64,000 nucleotides of DNA, from positions 1 through 64,000 of the forward strand of contig JALMLS010000078.1 of the NCBI GenBank assembly GCA_038496445.1, read 5' to 3'. The notes under the pieces are model-generated. The model saw nothing but the letters and a program-made list of their open reading frames with translations. It was not told the origin of the DNA and made no database searches. Source of the stretch: Trichosphaerium sp. ATCC 40318 (lineage: Eukaryota; Protista; Tubulinea). Of the stretch, positions 25,173 through 36,224 are shown piece after piece. The stretch's first letter is position 1. Each line of letters starts with the position of its first letter. A program made the position numbers and the translations under genes.

Positions 25173-25997
25173 ACTTATTCAAACCATTGTTAAATAGAAA
25201 GACAGCACTAGCACCATACAAGTTTGACATATCTCCAGCTTTGTGAGTACTATTTGAATAACAAGTTTTCATACTTCTTGTATACATTACACTTTAAATC
25301 TACAGTTGTTAATAAAGAAGTTGTGCGATATGGTATGCTTACATAGAGTACACATAGAGCTACTAAACGTTGTGATAACCTATTTATATAAACAGGTTTT
25401 TTTCGATGCTTGTCTTTTACATTACAATTCTTCCTCTGAATATGGATTCTCTGCATTAACATCTATAGCTTGACCACTATATTTTTTTATACAACACAGA
25501 CACAACAACAGCCATCACAACAATAATAAAAGTTAGTTTCAAACATCAACTCAAAGCACAGAAAAAAAGTGGAAAAAAACCAGCAAATCTCGTTCAACTC
25601 ACAGCAAAACAAAATTGTTGATACCTATTATAAGAACACTGAACAGTATTCCGACTGTCGATATTCCAGACGAAGGATCTGTTGTTTGCCTTCCTACAGT
25701 ACAGTGAGTTGTTTTAATTTGATGGAAATAACCAAAACCTTTCTCAAAATCGGAGCTAAAAAAATATATTGTACAGTATTACATCTGTTATGAAGTACAC
25801 ATAGAATGGATTCTCTCGTTGAACGGTTCAACACGCGCTCTTTATGGTGTTTGTGATATTACTTGGAAAAACCACGTTGTTGTTTTGACATTGGGTATTA
25901 TATCTCCAAAAATTAGAGCAAATAAACTATCTCTTCCAAAACTCAACAAGAAGGCAAGTTACAAAACTACAGTATCTTTTTCTACAGGTTAAACTTA

Positions 25998-26709
25998 TCA
26001 ATTAATTATTCTTGGTTGTATTTTCTTAAGCAATAACATCCATACTTGATGAGCCACACTTCCTCTCTTAACAGCACTACCAACACACTCAAGTGGAGAA
26101 GCATGCATACCACGTGTATATATCTCAGCTCCATTGTCAAGAAGGAATTCAACAAGTTCAGTTGACCCAGCTTTTTCACAAGATGATACAGCGAAGCACA
26201 GAGCAGTACCAGAATTATCATTATTGTCGTTGATGTCAATGATATCTCTGTATTTACCATGGAGACGTTTAGCCTCACCTACATTGCCGTCCTGACACGC
26301 TGTAAGGAAGTCATCACAAACATCCTAACATGTGCTTAACTGAAACAGTAGAAACTCGAATTAATAGCTTACACCACTGTCACTTTCGCCTGAAATGCTC
26401 ATATCGTCGTTTAGTTCAAAATCGTAGTCTTCACTGTCTGAATCCGAACCATACGCTTGTACGGCTTCTATTTGACCGTATTAGGCGTTGATAGCGTCGC
26501 TAGACATAAAAGTAAGTGTTTTTACCTCCTTTGGCTATAGCAGCTATCAAACGCTCTATTAGAACAGCTTTCAATCCCTGTGACACGTTAAATACATTTT
26601 GTACCCTTTTATTGCTATGTACGTTTGTGGGAAGCTTTCTGCGTTTTAGCTCTGCACGTAGTGCTGATACCCTTTGTTTCCATAGTTCTTCGGCCACTTC
26701 GGCTGACAT
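25998..26709 (-). CDS. SAP domain + acidic linker + ankyrin repeat protein, ~4 exons
   Basis: RVSALRAELKRRKLPTN|GLKAVLIERL (SAP); FLTACQDGNVGEAKRL and GTALCFAV...ELVEFLLDNGAEI (ANK). Confidence 0.85.
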
Positions 26710-27099
26710 TGCTCGCTCCAACTGAATTACAATTACAAGAAAAAATTAGTTCAGCTAACTTCACTTTTTTTGTGGCACGTGATTGCTCAATGGTCTACTC
26801 TAGAAACCGTCTCAGGAAGTGCGGCCCAATAAATAAAATAAATTGCAGTACATTAGTACGTATAACGGAGCAAGAAATGTCAACTGAACGAGGCAGCCCA
26901 GAAAAAAGAAAGTGTTCAAAAAGATTCATGAAAATACTCGTTAAGTTGACTTAATTAACTGACTGTTGTTTTAGCATAAACACAGCTTTAAAGGAAATTC
27001 AGTTAATTTAGCTATAGTACCAGTATTACGCTTACCTGCCATTGTCTTGTTTGTAAAACAGAAATAGAAAAAAAACAGCCACACTACCACAAAACAAGC

Positions 27100-28740
27100 T
27101 TTGTACACGAGACAAATGAAAGTATAAAATCACTAGCTGGTTCTCATACAATCACACCCAGACTAACTCCTGTGAGAATGACACTGAAGGGATTGAAGAC
27201 TTCCATGACTTCATGTCTCTCAAAATATGAGTTACACTTGCAGTTTTGTGCACAAGCAATCTGAATTGATTAGATAATATTCAATAAACTATTGTCACGT
27301 GACTAGTACGCTACACTAATCGAATGATCACTCAAATCATCCACAATGAACGATACCAGATCTGACAACGCAGTGTGTGGTGCTTGCTACGGCGTCTGAC
27401 TTGGTACAAGGACGATTTCTTTGGCGGAGCTAGCTTGCCTTCCAAGCATAGTCTCTTTCTAAGAGCCTTCCTTTTTGTGTATATATTGGGATTTTTCTTG
27501 TGAGTCGCGGGCGCTTCAGTCTCCAAAGATTCTAAGAAGACTATCAGCTGGCTTAGAGGCACACCTGGCGCTCTCTTCATTAAGTCATCAAATGACATTA
27601 AACCCTGATCAACTGCCTGGAGTAAGCGGTAGAGAAGAAGACTTAATATCAGTTGTACACTGAAGAGGAAGAGTTTGAAAGGTTGCTCTAAGGAGAGTAC
27701 TGGAACTATACCAAACATATACATAATAGGTTTTTTATTATGTCTATTAATGTTTCCAAATTTGTTTATAAACCCTTAAAAAAGCAACAAAAATAAATTG
27801 TGGGATACACTTCACAGAAATATCCACTTTAATTACTCAAATATGGATAATGCACATTTAAAAATGCCCGTAAACCCTTGTGGTTGTTATTTTAGGCGTG
27901 AGAACCGTTTTGGTGATGTTTTGGATGAAAACATGTGCTGCTAAACGAGTACTACTTCCAGTTCCTTTTTTGGACAAAAGGCAATTTTAGTTGCTCTACT
28001 GCATTACACTGACTTTTTATACATTCGTTTTACAATGTGTAAGGAAATTGAGTGTAAATTGGCAACCTTGGGTGCAAAAGGAAAGTAGAAAATGACGGTA
28101 CGAAGTTGCAAAACAAAACCAGTTTTTTATTCTTTTTCATGTTTCTGGGTGTCGTTTCATGTGTTCTTATGACTAATGTGTAAATAAATCTGCTTGTTGG
28201 TAATAAGTAGTAGAATGCTTAGAATAGTCTCAAAGTCGTTGCACACTTTGGTAAATGCGTGGGGTTGCGTCTCGGGGTGCTGGTTTTGGAATAGAAACAA
28301 ATTCCAGTTGGAAAACATTTTTATTTACGTGCATTACTCGACTATGCATTGAAACCCCTCATTAATATGTTGGGAATAATAACAGTTAAGCGATAACATA
28401 ACGGTTAGAAAGTAGTTGAATTTGGTGTTTGAATTCCACCAGCGTTGCAAATACATTTGTTTGGCTACACATCAGGCTGTTCGTTTATAACAAAGATTCG
28501 TAGACTACTATTACTTTTGTGTAGAACCTAAAAACAGGAAGCTGAACACTCACCGTTGTAATACTCCTGCGCAGTAGAACTAACCAACATGATATTTAGG
28601 AGTCTTGGTTGCACTAGATTGTAGACTGCAAAACAGTATTATTGTATGAGCTCCAGGAGCTTAGTTTCTTGCTACATAAAAATCCTTAATGATCATACAA
28701 ATAATGGCCAAACAGTGCATGGAATTTCTTTTAAACTTTT
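27100..28740 (-). pseudogene. Degraded coding region, possibly a Transib/Chapaev-like transposase with a Cys-rich C-terminal part
   Basis: KFHALFGH followed by LNIMLVSSTAQEYYN recalls the HxxxxH...SExxxExxN catalytic region; many stops; IACAQNCKC near 27250; no termini identified. Confidence 0.3.
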
Positions 28741-29431
28741 AGTTTTATTATTTACACTTTTTGGATTCTCGCATTCCTTTATGCAGTACGCATTATATAC
28801 AATAATTTATGCTTTTTCTTAGTTATACAGGAGCTCATATTATTATTAATACCTCCCAAAAATTTGTATGTGTAAAGTACACAAATACAAAAAAAAAATG
28901 GTGTTTTTTTTAAATATGTTGCTTTGCTGCCTCTCCCTCAAGCATCTCACGTTTTCTTTCTTGTACTTTCATTCTTGCATTTTTTAATGTACTCCCAAAA
29001 GAGTTACTACGCCTGAGAAATAACAAATTAGAAAGAGCACTTAAACAAAAAACCCGAAAACGAGTACAAAAAACTGTCAACTATGCGTAATACGTCTATG
29101 CATGTAGACGAAAATTTGTTCGTGTAGAGTAAAGATTGGGTTTTGAAGAAAAAAATCACGTTAGGCCACGCTGTCATGATGTGCCTTGTATGAGCACATT
29201 TCAACCATTTTGGTACAAATAAATACGTTTAAGTATTTACACCAAATTGACTTTGTCTATGCAGCAACATGTATGCACCACAATGGGTAAAATGTCAAAA
29301 AATTTTGTCAAATGTCAAAGCAATGTCAAAGCTGTGTCAAAACTTGGTTCATTCATTGGCAACAACTTTCTTTAAAAGCTGGGAACAAGTGAATAACAAT
29401 GGTTTATTTAAACAACGCTTACAGTTACAGT

Positions 29432-32400
29432 CTATTTAGGAGTTTTTTTCCTTTTGATAATAATAGTTTTTTTTTTTCGGGGCACCTAATGCAAGTTTAG
29501 AAAGTGAACAGAGAACCCACACTTACCTTAAGTGCAACAGAGAGACGTGGACTATCCAGCAGTTGTTTTTTTGCTTTTTCCCTCTTCTTAGCATCTCTTT
29601 TAACCTTTTGTTGTGCCTTGAATTTTAACAAAGGTGTATTTACACGTTGTACTAATAAAATCATTAACCCTACTACTTACCCAAGACATACTGCGCTTTT
29701 CAAGTCTCTCCTTCTGTTCTACTCTTCCTTTTTCGATTGTAGTATTAGGTGTACCAATTTTTGCATTTTTGCGGACACGCATACCATCCTTAAGACTGCA
29801 AGTAGCATATTTTACTAAAGATGAAAACACTACATCAAAAAGACGGTTGGTAGTACCCTCAAAAGCTAGATTGCTCTTTACATCTCAATTATTGCTTTCA
29901 GCTAGGTTGTTTGTTCGTATATGCTCCCAGGGAGTATCAACAATTGCCCAAAGTGCCCATGTTGATGGAGGAGATCTATGCAAAAAAGTTTAAAAACAGA
30001 TTAAAAAAAATTCTTCAATCATTTTTTCCATGGTTTTTGATGGCTTACGCTGTGATTGGGTCATCAACCTCTACATAATTCTTGGCCAAATATTTGATGT
30101 ATGCCTTACAGTCATCGCTTAGGTCTTTTACTTCTTCTTTGAAGAATTCCCACAAAGCATAAAACTCTTCCTCATCTTTTTCTTTCATAAGAACATCTGT
30201 CACTAAGCGACACCAATTATACTCTTCCTTGCGTGATTCTGCTTTCATTCCAAGCTCAGCTCGCTTTCTTTTATGTGCCTCTCCTATGTGGTAGGTGCAT
30301 TGAGCAATTGTCATCGGTCCTAGCACATTTATAGCTGCTACAACCATAGTTAAAAAAAAGCCTGAATGAGCACGAAAATAAATATTACCTCGCTTCATGT
30401 TAGTCTCACCATCTGTCATCAACCGCTCAAAGGGAGCTCCACATACACTGCGCAAGTGTGTGAATGCATATTCATATTCTACAAGATTTTTCCCAGTTGT
30501 AAGAGCAAAGGCAATACAAGTGCCTTTGCTGAATTGTTTACCAATAGCTTTCACCCAAAAAAACAATCCCTAACAACAAAATCAGTTAATGCGCTTTACA
30601 AAAGTTGTAATACCGAGCATGTACCTGTACATTTTTAACATCCGTGAGACCATATGTACCATCTACATGTAAGGTGCTAGTATCACAGAACTTCAAATAG
30701 TATTTGAGGTCTGGGCACACAAATGATATTAGATCATTTTTGGCTTGAAGAATACGAGAGGAGAGAGGATGCATTTTACGTATATTTGTGTACACCTTTT
30801 GTTGTTTAGTTGTAATCTACAAAATAAAAAATACCTCGTGGTGCATAGCTCTCTCATGGTGTACACAACGCGCAAGGTATGCCATATTGTTAGAGTTAGG
30901 GATTTGAGAGGCGTCTAGGGGATTGTTGTTTTCATCAGCTAATATTGACTCGTACTATGTAAAATAGGATTAACAATGTGGTGTTGCTCTTTCTACGCAC
31001 CACTTTCCGTCTAGGTTTTCCTCCCCTAATTTGATCTTTAATACGTTCTTTTACAGGGTTTGATAGCTTCAAATCCTCAATACGATCAGCATAGCACCCT
31101 TCTGCGTGGCCTAAAAAAACCTTAACAATATTTAGGTTTAACGAGTAAATTACCTGTTGATTGCTTTATTCCTATCACTTCAGAGTGAGCTCCAGGTGTT
31201 GATATAATACATAGCTTTCCTTTACATTTGCCGCGGTTTCTGCAGCGAAAATACCACACCTGAGTATTGATCTTTGTTCTGTGGTTAGAAATAGTTTCAT
31301 ACTGACGAGCCCATTTCTTTTCTTTTGTACAATAGAAAATCGGATTTTGTCCCTCTACCAGGTTTAAAAAAATATACCAGTTTTTTTGGTATATACCACT
31401 TTTATACCACTTTTTTATACCAGTTTTTTATGGTATATACCAAAAAAAGTGGTATATTTTGACCGAAATATACCAAAAAAAGTGGTATATTGACCAAATA
31501 TACCAACAATATACCAAAAAAAACAGGTATAAAAACAGAAAATATACCACTTTTTTTCACCAGAAAAAAAAAAATATACCACTTTTTTATACCACTTTTT
31601 TTAGGTATATACCACTTATATACCACTTTTTTATACCAGTTTTTCATGGTATATACCACTCTTATATACCACTTTATGCCTACTTATGGTACACCTGCAA
31701 TTCCAGAAAATACACTTTATTTAATACACAGTTTGTGAGTTACAAGTTTTGGACAATGTCCACTACAGTTACATTACTATGGGCGTCTGGAAAATTCATC
31801 CATCTCCATGAGCTTTTTGTACCTACTGTAAAAACATGCTGCGCACCTAATGAAAGTGGTTCTACCTGAATTCATCAATTACTAAGGCCTACGGAGGTTG
31901 GTTAATGTATATCAAACGAAAATAAAATAAAACTTTGTTTGGCACCCACGAACGTCTGTATAATACCTGCAATATAGTTTCCTTAATGTTGGTACTGGAA
32001 ACAGGTCCTGCGGTTCGAATGAGCTTGGTTTGGTTAGATTCTATGATATACTAAGGTCCCTACGCACCGTTCAATGTATGACGTCTATGATCGTTCAACA
32101 AGAAAACCCATTACCAAAAAGCTCCTTAATGACCTTCTTGAAGCATACCATAAAAGTGGTATATACCAATAAAAAGGTGGTATATACCACATACCATAAA
32201 AAAGTGGTATATACCACTTTATATACCATTTTTAGAAGGTCTCATTATGTGAATGAAAAGTGGTATATACCACTTCCATATACCACTTTTTTATTCACTT
32301 AATTTCTAAAAAAAGTGGTATTTCAAAATGGTATATACCAGTTCATATACCATTTTGTTGAAAAAAGTGGTATATACCATAAAAAAACTGGTATATACCA

Positions 32401-32710
32401 CTTTAATTTTTAGACCTGAATAACGCATTCGTAGAAGCTAAAATAAGAAAAGAGTAGTTTTTTGATAAATTAAATGGAAATAACCTTCAAAAACAACATA
32501 CTTGAGATTAATGCCCTAAATGCGTGTCCTAGTGGTGTGTAAAGGCCTTTGAAATGCTTTAAAAGCCTCAAAACGGATTAGTAAGCGATATAGAAATGTT
32601 GCTGCTAACGAAAATCACCAAAATACTTATCTCGCTTACTTTTTGATTTAACATCTTTTCGTTGTATCCATTGGTTTTCTACACCAATAAAAGGGTGACG
32701 ATGTGGTTTA
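29432..32710 (-). pseudogene. MULE DDE transposase with a FLYWCH/WRKY-like zinc finger; spliced, interrupted by an insert and two nonsense codons
   Basis: WYFRCRNRGKCKGKL...H; LHVDGTY (D1), LMTDGE (D2), CTYH, RTNNLAESNN (E); TGA at 29885-29887 and TAG at 32516-32518. Confidence 0.88.
31359..32418. mobile_element. Non-autonomous foldback/MITE-like insert (1060 bp) with arrays of the palindrome TGGTATATACCA
   Basis: Termini CAGGTTTAAAAA / TTTTTAGACCTG; ~300-bp palindrome arrays at both ends around a ~450-bp unique core; splits a transposase exon. Confidence 0.85.
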
Positions 32711-32742
32711 CTAAAAAAAAACTTGGTTAGGTAAGGCTTTGA

Positions 32743-33128
32743 TAGTTGTCAAAATAATGAATTTTCACCAAAAATATTTTTCAAAGGAATTCTCACAAAA
32801 TCCATACAGAATTTCGTTAAAAATCCCTATGGAATTCCATTAAAAATCCCAAGGGAATTCCCTACAAAATCCATACGGAATTTCGTTAAAAATCCCTTCA
32901 AGTATTCCCGTTGATATGCTGCCAACATTTGCCAATATTGTTGTTTGGGATTTTTTTACAAATCCCAAGAAATTCCTTATTTTAATGGAATATAGCAGAA
33001 ATCCCATCAAAAATCCTATTGAAAATTCAGATTGCTTAGGGATTTTTTCCACAATTCCGTTAAAATCCTTAAAAAACACAGAATTTAACAGGATTCCAGA
33101 GGAAAATCCCGTTTTTAATTTACTACTG
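32743..33128. mobile_element. Second MITE-like insert (~386 bp) with AAAATCC/GGAATT subrepeats
   Basis: Imperfect TIRs TAGTTGTCAAAATAA vs reverse-complemented CAGTAGTAAAATTAA; internal direct repeat AAAATCCATACRGAATTTCGTTAAAAATCCCT twice. Confidence 0.55.
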
Positions 33129-35083
33129 ATAGTAGAAGTTGAGAACAGAATTTTGGGTGGTTATTTAACACATACCCTGATGTCATTTAATATGTCAGCC
33201 ATTTGACATTTGTAAAAATGACAATATTCACTGAAGTAAATCAGCAAGCCTTCGCATTGGATTTATTTGGTGAGCGTATCCTCTACGACTTTGTTTATGT
33301 TATTTTGCATACTACCCCAAGCTGTGAGTCTTACTTATGTAGTACAGCTGATACTGTTAGTCAATAAAAAAAGTTGAAGTTTTTTTGACAAAAAGTGTTG
33401 TTGTCAATTGTTCATAATGAATCTCTTTTTAGTGAAGTAAACCCTAAAGCAAAATCAATATATGCGCATTATTATTGTAATGTACATAGGCATAGGATTA
33501 CTGTGTCATAACTTGATGACAATGACATATGGGAAATTTGACACTTATTTGACACATTTTTGACAACAACTTTTGACATTTTACCTGTTGCCGTATGCAC
33601 AGAGGGTACATGTGAACAGCGTTCCCATATTTTTGACCAAAAACAGAAGGAATAAAAAATATGGTTTTATGCACTTTAGAGGTTCTTTTTTTCTTCGTTC
33701 TAATTCTGATTTTGGCATTGTAGGGTTCCACCAACCGGCCCAATTGTATGATTTTTCATCTACAAAAGAAGCAGACGTAGAAGTTGTTAATCCTATCAAG
33801 ACATATTAATAATGAATATACTGATATTATAAATAAATATAAAGCAAGTAGTAGTATACATTGCAGTATGACCAAATATAGAAATTATCACTAACTACAA
33901 AACTACACAAAGTCTGAAAAACTACAAATTTGTCTATGCGCATAAAGACTTTTTTAAGAAACATCAAAAAAAACTCAGATTTGTCAGCTCCTTTTTCGCT
34001 ATTTGTGCTGTGCAACTAGTACACAACGTACGTCCACATCCTTCAATAACCTTCATTGTCTTTCTTCTCCTCTTTGCAGCAGATAATTTTTTACGTAGAC
34101 TACGCAAACGGTGAGTAAAACAAAGTACTTCAACAGCACTTGCAAGAAAAAGAAACTCAGAAACAAGCAAGTATCGTATTAAAGAATAAACGTAAGTTTC
34201 CTTAGAAAGAAAAACACAAAGAAAAAATCCTGATGATATATCTGGTAGCTAACCAGCAAGAGGGTAGAGAGATATACACGCATACACCAAAAAAGGAAAT
34301 GATGTTTGCGAAGTACATGTTTTTGTGAAATGAGTTTTTAACCAGTTCGCTGTTTGTTGATTCCATCATACGTTGGTGTCCGTGTGTTCGCATCGGGAAC
34401 CCGTTTGTTCTTTGGCGGTTGCATACTTCTAACACGTCTCACGTGTGGAGAACCCTTGTGCATACGTGGGGATCCACTCTGTGGGGTTGTTGGTCTGGTA
34501 GAACGTGGGCTGGCACATGCAATGCTATATGAAAAGTCAATTGCAGGGTACAGTACAAAATGCTAGTACCCATCTCCCTCTGTACAATTCGCGTTTGCGT
34601 TGTACGATCTTCTACGTGACACCCGCCTTCTCCTTTGTCACGTCTTTTCATGGCTGGTGAAGTTTTATTGACTTGGTTCTTGTTCTCAAGCATTTTAGAT
34701 GAAGGTTGTTTAGAACTATTCATTAAGATGAATTAATGAAGGTTGTGGCGCTAAGTACAAATGCTATGTCATTGCTTGAATGTGCATAATTGCAATACGT
34801 AATTTACGAAAACCAGAATTAGTCAGGGTGCTTTTAAGTCGTTTCACCCCGATAATTTATTGCCACCACGTAGTCTAACAACGCTTTAACGGAGAATGGT
34901 ACCTTTGGGAGGGTTTATTGCGTACCTGCCTTAAGAAAACAACTTTCTTACTAATTATATTGCCAGAGTGAGGCTGAGAATCACCATCAACGCGTAGCGT
35001 ACAAGAATTTGAGGCTTGAAATGAAAATTTATTGATTTCTTACCTCATCGGAAGTAAATTAGTTTTATACAACTCTTTGCACA

Positions 35084-36023
35084 TTAATTAATATTGTTAT
35101 CTTATTTAGAGTATTCCTAAGCGAATCTTTTCCTCAGGATCTTTTGGGCAATAATGATCACTTTCCCATTTATCTCCATTTGTTTCAGGTGAAGAAACTT
35201 GTACATAAACCTACAAATAAGCAAAAATGTCAGAAACTACGTATTACACGAGGAGAAACCAATTACGCTTTCGTATTTTAGTACCAGCGTACGGACAAGT
35301 TCATGTGAACTAGGAACAAAGCACAAAGACAAATATTGATTGTGTTTAAACGACAAACGAGATGATTTTGGAAGCGGAGGAAAAAAAAGCACGATGCCAC
35401 TCGTGCTTGTACTTCATGAAAGAAATAACAACTTAAATATGTTCCTTTCATTAGTAGGTAACTACGTACAGCGTCGTTTTCTATTTTTGTCTTGTGTGGC
35501 CTCTGTCTTGGTCCTTTAATTTTTATTTTTCCGCTCATGTCAATATACACACCTATAACACGTTTATTAATTCATCATTCGCACGGATCATGCATATACG
35601 TTTTGTTTGTAGATCTTTTGATGAAGTTTGATTAAAAATGTAAAAACGCGCTTGTACCTTCGCCTGTGTCAATGAGTATTTTGTACTTATGCCAAGGGCA
35701 TCTAGGCCGCATATTTAGCGATAGCAGTGACAAGGGAGCTTTTACACAACGACTTTACGATTTCCCAAGTCCTCAATATCTCCCTGCCATAGAGGACCAC
35801 CGAAATGATAGCATCGGGCATCCAAACAGTAAGTTTTACCTTGTAAAGTGTAAATTAACGTTATTTGATATTTTCAGCAACACGCTCGAGAACGTCGCTA
35901 TAGCGTAAACCTACCTTTAACTAGAAAAAATATAAGGTTTCTATCCTCTAGCTCCTTGCACATTATTTTCTTTTTCTTTAATACAGCAAGATCACATACA
36001 CGCGTCCATTTTAATGCGTTCAT
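35084..36023 (-). CDS. RFESD: Soluble Rieske [2Fe-2S] domain protein (RFESD-like), 5 exons
   Basis: Spliced: ...TYCLDARCYHFGGPLWQGDIEDLGNRKVV|VCPWHKYKILIDTGEG|...KGPRQRPH...|VYVQ...ESDHY; both Rieske motifs (CxH, CPWH) present. Confidence 0.9.
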
Positions 36024-36224
36024 CGCGGTATAGCGATTTGTGAGTGCGTTTTGTGGTTAAATATTTAACTGCAAAATCAAATAAAATGTCAACAATAAGT
36101 CGTTTAGTCTTGTAGCTTCATCACAAAGTGCCTTCAGTAACTTCTTAGGCTAGAGTTAGCCTCGTACAAAGTGGCCAACAACGAGCACAGGGGACACAGG
36201 CAGTCGCGGCATGCTCACTTCGGA

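Larger units (their letters stand above)
29279..33592 (-). mobile_element. Mutator/MULE DNA transposon with nested inserts
   Basis: 8-bp direct repeat GTATGCAC at 29271-29278 and 33593-33600; imperfect TIRs CAAnnGGTAAAATGTCAAAA with TGTCAAA subrepeats at both ends; internal MULE transposase. Confidence 0.88.

Noticed and set aside
26975-27100. Outer transposon terminus (TTAAAGG or CACTACCAC)
   Set aside because: No matching inverted end or TSD found on the far side
32000-32030. tRNA or SINE from GGTTCGAAT
   Set aside because: No A box, cloverleaf or acceptor stem; no tRNA or rRNA gene was found in the window
31372-32402. CRISPR array or telomeric repeat from the TGGTATATACCA units
   Set aside because: Spacers are short A/T runs rather than unique sequences, there are no cas genes, and the arrays sit inside inverted termini
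31359-32418. Introner-like element spliced out of the transposase mRNA (CAG|GT at its start on the minus strand)
   Set aside because: The nearest AG acceptor is 4 nt into the flank and would shift the frame
29885-32518. Stop-codon reassignment explaining in-frame TGA/TAG
   Set aside because: Host genes end in TAA, TAG and TGA, and their long ORFs have no internal stops; readthrough is needed only in TE relics
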